From positions 1-50,204 of the forward strand of contig JBDHFS010000001.1 in NCBI GenBank assembly GCA_039590285.1: a DNA stretch of 50,204 nucleotides. The letters are read 5' to 3'. Position 1 is the stretch's first letter, and every line of letters begins with the position of its first letter. The notes beneath the pieces were generated by a model. It was given only the letters and a program-made list of their open reading frames with translations, did not search any database and was not told the origin of the DNA. Shown piece after piece: positions 36,602 to 46,948 of this stretch. This DNA is from Gemmatimonadota bacterium. Its GTDB lineage: Bacteria; Gemmatimonadota; Gemmatimonadetes; Palauibacterales; Palauibacteraceae. A program made the translations under genes and the position numbers.

Positions 36602-37888
36602 CTACGCGATACCGGACTCTCCCTTCAGGTACTCGAAGACCTTCTCTACAGCAAGATTCCGGCCGAGAGCCTCGATCCCTCCCTCACGGGCCAGCCGCCG
36701 CCGCAGCTCCTGGGGCGAGAGGCCCCTTCGCTCCGCCAGCCGGTCGACTTCGGCTCGCACTTCCTCGTCCGACGCCTCCAGTTCCTCCCGCTCGATCAAG
36801 TGCTCCAGGATCATCTGCTCCTTGATCCTCTTCTCCGCGAGCGGGGCCAGCTCGGTCCGGGCCTCCGAGACCTTGTCGGGATCGGCACCCTCGGGGGCCT
36901 GGATCATCTCGTCCAGGTATCGATCCACCAGGGCCACGGGCAAAGCGAACGGGTTGGCATCGATAAGGGATTCCATGATCCCACCACGGACCTTCGCTTC
37001 CGCCTCGTCCTCGTGATGCTTCTGCAGATCGGTCCGCACCGCCTCCTCGAGCGCCGCCACATGTTTGAAGTCTCCAACTTTTGATGCCAGCTCGTCGTCC
37101 AGCTCGGGGAGTACCTGCTCCTCGACCTCGTCGAGGCGAATGTGGAGCTGTCTCGCTTCCCCGCCGCCGGGAGGATCGTCCGGTCCGGGGGCGAAATTGA
37201 CCATGAAGGCTCCCGCCTCGCCCGGGGACAATTCCTTGATGGCCTTCTCGACGTCTTCCAGGGCCTGGCCGGAGCCCAGAACGAACTGGTACGGCTTGGC
37301 CTCTCCACCGGGTTCCGCATCCGGTGAAGAGAGAGGCTCGATCGCGACGGACACGCGCTCCCCATCCAGCGGCTTGCGATCCACAGGCGTCCAGTCTGCG
37401 TGCTCCGACCGAACTCCATCCAGGATCCTCGTCACCTCTTCCTCCGTGACCGGCTCGATCTCCCGCTCGACCCGGAAGCCGCCGACTCGATCCAGCTTCA
37501 CCGTGGGCATGATCTCGAACTCGGCCTGGAACGTGAGACGCTCGCCGGGCGCGTACTGAACGTTGACGATCTGCGCGGCGCCGGCCGGCCTCAGCTCGGT
37601 CTCATCGACGGCCTCGCGGTACGCCTGCTCGACCAGTGAGCTCCGAACGTGCTCGTCCAGAATGTCCCCGTAACGCTGCTCGATGATGTCGGTCGGGATC
37701 TTGCCGCGCCGGAATCCCTTGATGCGAACGCGCTTTCCGAGTCGCTTTCGCTCGGTCGCCCTGGCGCGGCCCACCCTTTCCGGGGGCACCGTGATGGTGA
37801 GCCGGCGGGTCCAGCCGTCTCCGACCTCGACGGCCACGTCGAGATCCCGTTTCCCCGTCTTCTCCGTGGATGTATCTGCGGACATCAA
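36602..37888 (-). CDS. tig: trigger factor
   Basis: 428 aa. N-terminal ribosome-binding region with GFRRGKIP, a middle PPIase-like domain, and a C-terminal helical domain. Located immediately upstream of clpP-clpX. Confidence 0.9.
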   Translation of the reverse strand: MMSADTSTEKTGKRDLDVAVEVGDGWTRRLTITVPPERVGRARATERKRLGKRVRIKGFRRGKIPTDIIEQRYGDILDEHVRSSLVEQAYREAVDETELRPAGAAQIVNVQYAPGERLTFQAEFEIMPTVKLDRVGGFRVEREIEPVTEEEVTRILDGVRSEHADWTPVDRKPLDGERVSVAIEPLSSPDAEPGGEAKPYQFVLGSGQALEDVEKAIKELSPGEAGAFMVNFAPGPDDPPGGGEARQLHIRLDEVEEQVLPELDDELASKVGDFKHVAALEEAVRTDLQKHHEDEAEAKVRGGIMESLIDANPFALPVALVDRYLDEMIQAPEGADPDKVSEARTELAPLAEKRIKEQMILEHLIEREELEASDEEVRAEVDRLAERRGLSPQELRRRLAREGGIEALGRNLAVEKVFEYLKGESGIA

Positions 37889-37983
37889 CTGTTCCTCATA
37901 TCAGGTCAGGTCGGGGAGCCGACCGAACGGCGTGCCACGACCATCACGTGCACGTTTTCTGAGTCCTCGGGTGCCATCGTGGA

Positions 37984-38068
37984 TGCGAAAGGGGGGACTC
38001 GAACCCCCACGGCCCTCGGGGCCACCAGCTCCTAAGGCTGGCGCGTCTGCCTATTCCGCCACTTTCGC
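37984..38068 (-). tRNA. tRNA-Leu (anticodon UAG)
   Basis: Minus-strand sequence GCGAAAGTGGCGGAATAGGCAGACGCGCCAGCCTTAGGAGCTGGTGGCCCCGAGGGCCGTGGGGGTTCGAGTCCCCCCTTTCGCA. 7-bp acceptor stem GCGAAAG/CTTTCGC. Anticodon stem CCAGC/GCTGG with loop CTTAGGA. Long variable arm (class II). T arm GGGGG-TTCGAGT-CCCCC. CCA is not encoded. Confidence 0.92.
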
Positions 38069-38176
38069 CCCCGCAGCGGATCGCCTTCCGCGGCCCGACA
38101 TTCTAACCCATGGCCGCACGCGCGGCCAATTCACGAACCGGGCAACGCCCGGCTCCAAATCCTTCCCCGGAAAGCG

Positions 38177-38204
38177 AAAGCGGCGCTTCCACGAGCGCCG
38201 CTTT
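38177..38204 (-). terminator. hairpin terminator after htrA
   Basis: AAAGCGGCGC (38177-38186), 8-nt loop, GCGCCGCTTT (38195-38204). On the minus strand the stem is followed by TTTCGCTTTCC. It lies 44-71 nt past the htrA stop. Confidence 0.55.
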
Positions 38205-38247
38205 CGGACTGTTCGTGATCCGGATTCCCCCGCCGGAAGCCGCCCGG

Positions 38248-39804
<1,557 letters not shown>

Positions 39805-39965
39805 TTCTCAATCTCTCGGGTCCGTGAACGGCGGCCCACGCCGCTCCGATTGTCTGCCACACCTGACTACTATCGCCCGGACGGTCGTTCGGTTCCAGCC
39901 GGGACGACGAGTCGGCGAATCGACGGGTCCCGTAGAGGCCCGTCACCCGCCTTCAGATGCTCGGC

Positions 39966-39996
39966 GGAGGGCGGGGGTTGCCCGCCCCCGCCCTCC
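39966..39996 (-). terminator. strong GC hairpin after dnaK (terminator-like, no clear U-tract)
   Basis: GGAGGGCGGGGG (39966-39977), 7-nt loop, CCCCCGCCCTCC (39985-39996), about 30 nt beyond the dnaK stop on the minus strand. Confidence 0.4.
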
Positions 39997-40028
39997 AGGG
40001 GGCGCCGCTCGGTCGGAGTCGGAAGGGC

Positions 40029-41966
40029 TTACTTCTCTTCCGACTCATCTACGATCTCGTAGTCCGCCTCGACCACGTCTTCCTCGGCGGAGGTCTCCTC
40101 GGCGGGCTCGTCTCCGGCCGTCTCCTCGGTGTCCCCCTCCCCCTCCGGCTGATCGCCCATGCCGGCCTTGGAGTAGATCTGCTGAGCCAGCGCCTGCACG
40201 GCCTGCTGAATCTCCTCCGTGGCGGCCCCGATCTCCGCCGGGTCGTCCTGCTTCAGGGCCTGCCTGCCTCGCTCCAGCTTCGACTCGACGTCGTTCCTGC
40301 CATCCTCATCCACCGAGTCCTTCCAGTCCTCGAGGTTCTTCTCGGTCTGGTAGATGAGGGAGTCGAGCCGGTTCCGGGACTCCGCCTTGTCCCGTCTCTC
40401 CTTGTCCTCCGAGGCATGCGCCTCGGCGTCGCTCACCATTCGCTCGATCTCGTTATCCGACAGTCCGGAGGAGGCCTCGATGCGTATCTTCTGCTCCTTG
40501 CCGGTGGCCCTGTCCTTGGCGCTCACGTGGAGGATCCCGTTGGCGTCGATGTCGAAGGTGACCTCGATCTGCGGGACTCCGCGCGGCGCGGGCGGAATGC
40601 CGGTCAGCTGGAACCTGCCGATGGTCTTGTTGTCCAGCGCCATCGGGCGCTCTCCCTGGAGAACGTGAATGTCCACCGTGGGCTGACTGTCCTCGGCCGT
40701 CGAGAATATCTCGCTCTTCTTCGTCGGAATCGTCGTGTTGCGGCTGATCAGAGCCGTCATGACTCCGCCCAGGGTCTCGATTCCCAGCGACAGTGGCGTG
40801 ACGTCGAGCAGCAACACGTCCGTAACGTCGCCGGCGAGAACGCCGCCCTGAATTGCGGCCCCGATGCCCACTACCTCATCGGGATTGACCCCCTTATGGG
40901 GCTCCTTGCCGAAGAATTCGCGGACGGTGTCCTGGATCTTCGGGATCCGCGTGGATCCGCCGACCAGGATCACCTCGTCGATGTCCGAAGGGCTCAAACT
41001 GGCATCCTCCAGCGCCTTCTTCATCGGTTCCTTGGTACGCTCGATCAGGTCATCCACGAGTTGCTCCAACTGCGACCTCGAGAGCGACATGTTCAGGTGC
41101 TTCGGGCCACTCTGATCGGCCGTGATAAACGGCAGATTGATGTCGGTCTGCGTGGTGCTCGAGAGCTCGCACTTCGCCTTCTCCGCCGCTTCCTTGAGGC
41201 GCTGGAGGGCCATCGGGTCCTTAGACAGGTCGATGCCCTGGTCCTTCTTGAATTCCTTGACCAGCCAATCGATGACACGCTGATCGAAATCATCGCCCCC
41301 GAGGTGCGTATCGCCGTTCGTGGCCTTCACCTCGAACACGCCGTCGCCCAGCTCGAGGATCGAGATGTCGTAGGTGCCGCCGCCGAGGTCGAACACGGCG
41401 ATCTTCTCCTCGGCCTTTTTGTCGAGGCCGTACGCCAGCGCCGCCGCCGTGGGCTCGTTGATGATACGCAGCACCTCGAGTCCCGCGACCTTGCCCGAGT
41501 CCTTGGTGGCCTGGCGCTGGGCGTCGTTGAAGTACGCCGGCACCGTGATGACCGCCTGCTGGACCTCGGTGCCCAGATAGTCCTCCGCCGTCTGCTTCAT
41601 CTTCTGGAGGATCATCGCCGAGATCTCGGGCGGCGTGAACGTCTTTTCGGCGTGCGGCACCTTCACCTGCACCCTGTCCTGCGTGTCGCACTCGATCTCG
41701 TAGGGCACGAGCTTACGCTCCGATGTGACCTCGGAGCACTTGCGCCCCATGAATCGCTTGATCGAGAAGATCGTGTTACGGGGGTTCGTCACCGCCTGAC
41801 GCTTGGCCACCTGGCCCACCAGTCGCTCGTTGTCCTTCGTATACGCCACTACCGAAGGGGTGGTGCGCGTACCCTCCGCATTCGGTATCACGACCGGATC
41901 GCCGCCCTCCATGACGGAGACGACGGAGTTCGTCGTTCCCAGGTCGATCCCGATGACCTTGCCCAT
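40029..41966 (-). CDS. dnaK: molecular chaperone DnaK (Hsp70)
   Basis: [48 protein letters not shown], and an acidic C-terminal tail. ATG 41966 lies within ORF 40029..42101. Confidence 0.98.
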   Translation of the reverse strand: MGKVIGIDLGTTNSVVSVMEGGDPVVIPNAEGTRTTPSVVAYTKDNERLVGQVAKRQAVTNPRNTIFSIKRFMGRKCSEVTSERKLVPYEIECDTQDRVQVKVPHAEKTFTPPEISAMILQKMKQTAEDYLGTEVQQAVITVPAYFNDAQRQATKDSGKVAGLEVLRIINEPTAAALAYGLDKKAEEKIAVFDLGGGTYDISILELGDGVFEVKATNGDTHLGGDDFDQRVIDWLVKEFKKDQGIDLSKDPMALQRLKEAAEKAKCELSSTTQTDINLPFITADQSGPKHLNMSLSRSQLEQLVDDLIERTKEPMKKALEDASLSPSDIDEVILVGGSTRIPKIQDTVREFFGKEPHKGVNPDEVVGIGAAIQGGVLAGDVTDVLLLDVTPLSLGIETLGGVMTALISRNTTIPTKKSEIFSTAEDSQPTVDIHVLQGERPMALDNKTIGRFQLTGIPPAPRGVPQIEVTFDIDANGILHVSAKDRATGKEQKIRIEASSGLSDNEIERMVSDAEAHASEDKERRDKAESRNRLDSLIYQTEKNLEDWKDSVDEDGRNDVESKLERGRQALKQDDPAEIGAATEEIQQAVQALAQQIYSKAGMGDQPEGEGDTEETAGDEPAEETSAEEDVVEADYEIVDESEEK

Positions 41967-42264
41967 TTCGTTTTCCTTTCGCTGAACACGGCTGCGCCGC
42001 GGAGCGCCCCCCCCGGGCACCGCCGCCCCGGCCGCTCGCGGCCGGTCTCTCACTGGCACGGACCGAGGAGGGTGCAAGCGATATGCCGCTCCCGGGTCCA
42101 TTTCGCGCCCTTCTTCCCCTGTATTTCACGACATTCTGACACTTTCGGACCATATGGGTGCCAGAACGGCAGGGTGCGCCGGCATGCCATCCTGGCGGTA
42201 GGCCGGGGCGGTCGGACAGGGGGATTAGATTGCGTCGGTACCTGGTCGCGCCTACCGTGGGGCC

Positions 42265-43032
42265 ATGTTTCCGCTCAGAGACGACAACCCCACCGAGCTC
42301 GTCCCTTTCATCACGTTCCTGATCATCGTCGCGAACGTGGCCGTGTGGCTGTTCGTGCAGGGAGCGGGGAGCGGCCAGGTGTTTCTGGAGTCGCTGTGCG
42401 ACTACGGCGCGATTCCGGGCGAGATCACCGGCTCGGTCTCGTCCGGGACCCGGATCGACCTGGGACCCGGAGCGTCGTGCCGGGTCGGCGGGCTTCGCGC
42501 GGGAAGCCTGCTCACGTCGATGTTCATGCACGGCGGCTGGATGCACCTGATCGGGAACATGTGGTTCCTGTGGGTCTTCGGGAACAACGTGGAGGACTCG
42601 ATGGGCCACGTCCGATTCGTGGTCTTCTATCTCCTCGCGGGGCTCCTGGCGGCCGGTGCCCATATCGCGACCGACCCGGGGGGATCGATTCCCACGGTGG
42701 GCGCTTCCGGTGCGATCAGCGGGATCATGGGTGCGTACATGGTGCTGTATCCCAGGGTTCGAGTACACACCCTGGTTATACTGATCGTCATCATACGCGT
42801 AATCCCGCTTCCGGCCTGGGCCCTGTTGCTGTACTGGTTCTTTCTCCAGGTGGCCGGCGGCAGCGTCTCGCTCGGTCGCGCGGGAGGGGGAGTGGCGTTC
42901 TGGGCCCACATCGGGGGTTTCGTCGCGGGCCTCGCTCTGGTGAAACTGTTCGAGAAGCGGAAGCTGGTCGCGGCCAAGCGGGCCGGCCGCGTTCTCAGGC
43001 GAGAGGAGATGGGACGTTGGGATCCATGGTGA
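42265..43032 (+). CDS. rhomboid-family intramembrane serine protease
   Basis: Multi-TM protein with HGGWMHLIGNMWFLW, GASGAISGIMGAY (catalytic Ser) and AHIGGFVAG (catalytic His). Confidence 0.88.
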   Translation: MFPLRDDNPTELVPFITFLIIVANVAVWLFVQGAGSGQVFLESLCDYGAIPGEITGSVSSGTRIDLGPGASCRVGGLRAGSLLTSMFMHGGWMHLIGNMWFLWVFGNNVEDSMGHVRFVVFYLLAGLLAAGAHIATDPGGSIPTVGASGAISGIMGAYMVLYPRVRVHTLVILIVIIRVIPLPAWALLLYWFFLQVAGGSVSLGRAGGGVAFWAHIGGFVAGLALVKLFEKRKLVAAKRAGRVLRREEMGRWDPW

Positions 43033-44426
43033 GATGGCGGCGGGTCATGCCCGCCCTGGCCGCGATGCTCCTGATACTTCCCGCCGCCGCGTGGGCCGTA
43101 CAGGAACGTGGCGGCTCGACCCTCGTTCAGACCGGCGCCATCGGGGAGCCGTTTTTGCTCCGCCTGGGCCGCGGTGTGCTGGCGCTCTCCGTCATCATCC
43201 TGGTGCTGTGGCGGTTATCGCCCAGGCGGAAGTCGATCGACTGGAGCCTCGTCGGGAAGGGCCTCGGATTACAGATCATCTTCGCCCTTCTCGTGCTCAA
43301 GACCACCTGGGGACGAGGCTTCTTCAGCGTCGTGAACGACGTGTTCATCGCGCTCATCGAGTACACGCTCGCCGGTGCCCGGTTCGTGTTCGGGTCTCTG
43401 GTCTACTACGGCACGCCGGTGACCGGCGGCGAGGGCATCGTGGAGATAGGGGCCAACTTCGCCTTCGCCGTCCTGCCCACGATCATCTTCTTTTCGGCCC
43501 TCATGACCGTGCTCTACTATCTGGGCGCGATGCAATTGATCGTCAGGGGCGTCGCATGGGTGATGCAGCGAACGCTGAAGACGAGTGGTGCGGAGACGAC
43601 GTCGGCGGCCGGCAACATCTTCGTCGGGCAGACGGAGGCGCCGCTGCTGGTGAAGCCGTTCGTGAAGAACATGACGATGTCCGAGCTGAATACGGTGATG
43701 ACGGGAGGTTTCGCCACCGTCGCCGGGGGTGTGATGGCGGCCTACGTGGCGATGCTGGCCGGCTACTTTCCGGCCATCGCGGGGCATCTGCTGGCGGCCA
43801 GCATCATGGCCGCGCCGGCAGGCATCGTCGTGAGCAAGATGCTGATGCCGGAGACCGAAGAGCCGGAAACCAGGGACAGCCTGGACTTCGATATCGAGCA
43901 GGACTCGGTCAACGTCATCGACGCGGCGGCCGGTGGGGCGGCGGATGGAATGCGTCTCGCGCTGAACGTGGGCGCGATGCTGATCGCCTTCCTTGCCCTC
44001 ATCGCCCTCATCAATGGCCTTCTCGGTTGGAGCCTGGGGCTCATCAACGTCGAGGGGGTCACGCTGGAGCGGCTTCTCGGGTGGGCCTTCGCGCCGGTCG
44101 CGTGGCTGATCGGAGTGCCCTGGGTGGATGCGGCCGAGATCGGCTCGCTCTTCGGGGTGAAGATGGTGGCCAACGAGTTCGTGGCGTTCCAGATGCTGGC
44201 GGATGGAGTCACCGGCGGGACGGCGCTGTCTCCGAAGTCGATCATCATCGCGACGTACGCTCTCACGGGCTTCGCCAACTTCTCCTCGATAGCGATCCAG
44301 ATCGGTGGTATCGGCGGCATCGCGCCGGAGCGCAGGCACGACCTGTCACGTCTCGGGGTTCGGGCCATGCTGGGCGGGACCGTGGCGACCTGGATGACGG
44401 CCACGCTGGCCGGAGTGCTGGCGTGA
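43026..44426 (+). CDS. nupC: NupC/CNT-family nucleoside transporter
   Basis: ATG 43026, or GTG 43029 giving a GTGA overlap with the rhomboid stop. GLQIIFALLVLKT, GETEAPLL-like motif VGQTEAPLLVKPF, and TGFANFSSIAIQIGGIG. It is the in-frame 3' part of the 1489-aa ORF 39957..44426. Confidence 0.85.
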   Translation: MVRWRRVMPALAAMLLILPAAAWAVQERGGSTLVQTGAIGEPFLLRLGRGVLALSVIILVLWRLSPRRKSIDWSLVGKGLGLQIIFALLVLKTTWGRGFFSVVNDVFIALIEYTLAGARFVFGSLVYYGTPVTGGEGIVEIGANFAFAVLPTIIFFSALMTVLYYLGAMQLIVRGVAWVMQRTLKTSGAETTSAAGNIFVGQTEAPLLVKPFVKNMTMSELNTVMTGGFATVAGGVMAAYVAMLAGYFPAIAGHLLAASIMAAPAGIVVSKMLMPETEEPETRDSLDFDIEQDSVNVIDAAAGGAADGMRLALNVGAMLIAFLALIALINGLLGWSLGLINVEGVTLERLLGWAFAPVAWLIGVPWVDAAEIGSLFGVKMVANEFVAFQMLADGVTGGTALSPKSIIIATYALTGFANFSSIAIQIGGIGGIAPERRHDLSRLGVRAMLGGTVATWMTATLAGVLA

Positions 44427-45307
44427 GCCGGCGGCCCGGCGAAGCCGCGGCCGGTCCCTGGGACGCCTCCGTGGCGGCAGGGGAGGCGGCGGAGGCGATC
44501 AGGGAACGCATCGGCGACCTCGAACCCGTAGTGGGCCTGGTGCTGGGCTCGGGCCTCGGCTCCCTCGGCGACGAGTTCGCGGAGGCGGTGCGCGTGCCGT
44601 ACGGGGACCTGCCCCACTGGCCGCCGGTGGGAGTAGCCGGACACTCCGGAGTGCTCGTCGCCGGAAGACTGGAGGGCGTACCGTGCCTGGCGTTGAAGGG
44701 CCGCGCGCACCTGTACGAGGGCCATGACGCCGGACGGTCCACACTCTCCGTCCGTGCCCTCGCTCATCTCGGGATCCGGGTCCTGTTCGTGAGCAACGCG
44801 GCGGGCGCGATCCATCCGGACTTCGGGCCGGGCGACCTGATGCTCATCTCCGATCACCTCAACCTCATGGGACGGAATCCGCTGATCGGCCCGGTTGCCA
44901 CGGGCGACGAGAGATTCCCGGATATGAGCGATCCGTACGACGGAGAGCTGCGCGCCGTGGTACGGGAAGCGGCCTCGGCCGAGGGGATCGCGCTGCGGGA
45001 GGGTGTGTACGCGGGCCTGCTCGGTCCGAGCTACGAGACCCCGGCGGAGATCCGAATGCTGCGGACGCTGGGGGCGGATGCGGTGGGAATGTCGACGGTG
45101 CCGGAGGTCATCACGGCTCGCGCGATAGGAGTGCGATGTTTCGGGGCCAGCTGTCTCACCAACTACGCGGCAGGGATCAGTCCCGAACCGCTGTCGCACG
45201 ACGAGGTGATGGAGACCACCGAACGGGTGGGTGAGGATTTCCGCAGGCTGGTACGGGCCTCGATCGGGAAGCTGGGTCCTGTTCTCACGGGCGAGTCCAG
45301 TGATTGA
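44423..45307 (+). CDS. punA: purine nucleoside phosphorylase (trimeric PunA/PNP-I type)
   Basis: GTG 44423 overlaps the nupC stop (GTGA). VGLVLGSGLG, VAGHSG, LKGRAHLYEG, SNAAGA, GPSYETPAE, and GMSTVPE. Confidence 0.88.
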   Translation: MSRRPGEAAAGPWDASVAAGEAAEAIRERIGDLEPVVGLVLGSGLGSLGDEFAEAVRVPYGDLPHWPPVGVAGHSGVLVAGRLEGVPCLALKGRAHLYEGHDAGRSTLSVRALAHLGIRVLFVSNAAGAIHPDFGPGDLMLISDHLNLMGRNPLIGPVATGDERFPDMSDPYDGELRAVVREAASAEGIALREGVYAGLLGPSYETPAEIRMLRTLGADAVGMSTVPEVITARAIGVRCFGASCLTNYAAGISPEPLSHDEVMETTERVGEDFRRLVRASIGKLGPVLTGESSD

Positions 45308-46106
45308 GCGGGGTGCTCCCGGCCCCCAGCCCCGGAGCCGTGGCGATCGCCCGCCGCGTATAGTCCAGGCCCCGGTCCACCGCAACGCCGAGGGGTGAGC
45401 CCAGGGCGAGCCCGGCGGCGATGGCCGCCGACAGCGTGCACCCCGTGCCGTGGGCGTTCATGACCGGCAGCCGGGGGGCCCTCCACTCCCGCCAATCGGC
45501 TCCGTCCAGTAGAACGTCCACCACCTCGTCACCCTCCAGGTGCCCACCCTTGATCAGAACAGCCCGGCACCCGTCGCGCACGAGACGCCGGGCCGCTTCC
45601 CGCATGGCGGCCTCCGAATCGACCTCCATTCCGGTCAGGATCTCCGCCTCGTCCAGGTTCGGGGTCACCAGTGTCGCGAGGGGCAGCAGCTCGTCTCGCA
45701 ACGCGTCCACGGCGACCGACTCGAGAAGCGGATCCCCGCTCGCCGCCACCATCACCGGATCGAGCACGTACGCCGGGATCGCGGCTTCCTCCAGCGCGCC
45801 GGCCACGGACGTGATGATGGGGACGTCGGCCAGCATTCCGGACTTGCACGCGGCCGGTCGCAGGTCCGTCGCCACGGCCAGGATCTGGCCCGCGACGAGC
45901 TCCGGATCGATCTTCTGCACACCGGTGACGCCGACCGTGTTCTGCACCGTGATCGCCGTCAGGGCCGAGGTACCGAACACGCCGAACGCCTGAAAGGTCT
46001 TGAGGTCGGCCTGGATCCCCGCGCCCCCGCCCGAATCACTCCCGGCGATCGTCAGGGCGACGACCGGCGGCGAGGCGGTCAGGGCGGTTTCCGCTGTGCG
46101 CTCCAT
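45285..46106 (-). CDS. thiD: hydroxymethylpyrimidine/phosphomethylpyrimidine kinase
   Basis: ATG 46106 preceded by GGGAGG. VALTIAGSDSGGGAGIQADLKTFQAFGVFGTSALTAITVQNT, and a C-terminal GTGCTLSAAIAAGL. Confidence 0.92.
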   Translation of the reverse strand: MERTAETALTASPPVVALTIAGSDSGGGAGIQADLKTFQAFGVFGTSALTAITVQNTVGVTGVQKIDPELVAGQILAVATDLRPAACKSGMLADVPIITSVAGALEEAAIPAYVLDPVMVAASGDPLLESVAVDALRDELLPLATLVTPNLDEAEILTGMEVDSEAAMREAARRLVRDGCRAVLIKGGHLEGDEVVDVLLDGADWREWRAPRLPVMNAHGTGCTLSAAIAAGLALGSPLGVAVDRGLDYTRRAIATAPGLGAGSTPLNHWTRP

Positions 46107-46183
46107 CTCATCCTCCCGCGACCTTAGTCGACCTTCATGCCCCCGCTTTCCCCCGCCGCGCGTCCGTTCCACATTGGGCTCCT

Positions 46184-46948
46184 ATGCCCAGCGTGAACGA
46201 AAGCAAACGTCTCAGAGCCCTGCGGCGCCGCAAGGACCGTCGGGCGCGAGGAGAGTTCCTCGTAGAGGGTCCCCGGGTGCTGAGCGATCTCGTCGAGACG
46301 GGACGTTCCGTGACGTTTGTCCTATATACCGAGGAGGCCGCGGACGAGCCAGAAGGAAGGGCGCTGCTGGAACGCCTGGTGGCGCGCGACGTGGCGAGCG
46401 AGCGTGTGAGCGAGGCGGAGATCAAGCGCCACGCCGACACCGTCACGCCGCAGGGGTGGCTGGCGGCCGCGCCGATTCCCCGCTGGGGGTGGCCCGACAT
46501 CGTGGCCCCCGGCATCCTCCTTCTGGATGGCCTCCAGGACCCGGGAAACGTAGGCACGCTGATCCGGGCGGCCGAGGCGCTCGGATCGGGTGGGGTGGTG
46601 CTTCTGCCGGGAACGGCGGACCCCTGGGGACCCAAGGCCGTCCGGGCGGCGGCGGGCTCTTCCCTGCGGCTTCCGGTCATCGAAGCGGGTTGGGGAGAGG
46701 TCCTGACCCACCTCCGGGCCGAGGGTATTCCCATCTGGGTCGCCGCCTCGGACGGAGAGCCGGCCGGCCGCATCGAAGGCGATGACGAAAGACCGGCCCT
46801 CGTTCTCGGAAACGAGGGAGCCGGTGTGTCCGAGCCGATTCGCCGGGACGCCGACCGTGCGGTGGCCATCCCGATGCGGGGAGGGGTGGAGTCGCTCAAC
46901 GTGGCGCTCGCCGGCGCCATTCTCATGGACCGGTTTTTCGGAGGGTAG
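46184..46948 (+). CDS. TrmH/SpoU-family RNA 2'-O-methyltransferase
   Basis: RRRKDRRARGEFLVEGPRVL N-terminal substrate-binding-like domain. SPOUT motifs LLLDGLQDPGNVGTLIRAAEALG, LVLGNEGAGVS and ESLNVALAGAILM. Confidence 0.85.
   Translation: MPSVNESKRLRALRRRKDRRARGEFLVEGPRVLSDLVETGRSVTFVLYTEEAADEPEGRALLERLVARDVASERVSEAEIKRHADTVTPQGWLAAAPIPRWGWPDIVAPGILLLDGLQDPGNVGTLIRAAEALGSGGVVLLPGTADPWGPKAVRAAAGSSLRLPVIEAGWGEVLTHLRAEGIPIWVAASDGEPAGRIEGDDERPALVLGNEGAGVSEPIRRDADRAVAIPMRGGVESLNVALAGAILMDRFFGG

Noticed and set aside
39865-39896. ECF/sigma-E-type promoter upstream of htrA (GGAACC on the minus strand at 39896-39891)
   Set aside because: Only the -35-like GGAAC half matches. The sequence 16-17 nt downstream (CGATAG) is not a convincing -10, so the evidence is too thin to annotate.
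41967-42264. CIRCE element or sigma-54 promoter in the dnaK leader (TGGCAC at 42054-42059 on plus; TGGCAC-ccata-TGGT on the minus strand near 42165-42180)
   Set aside because: No TTAGCACTC-N9-GAGTGCTAA-like inverted repeat is present. The TGGCAC hits lack a correctly spaced TTGC -12 element, so they are probably chance matches in GC-rich DNA.
46107-46183. Possible TPP riboswitch upstream of thiD
   Set aside because: The divergent spacer is 77 nt and lacks the conserved CTGAGA / ACCTGA elements of the THI-box.
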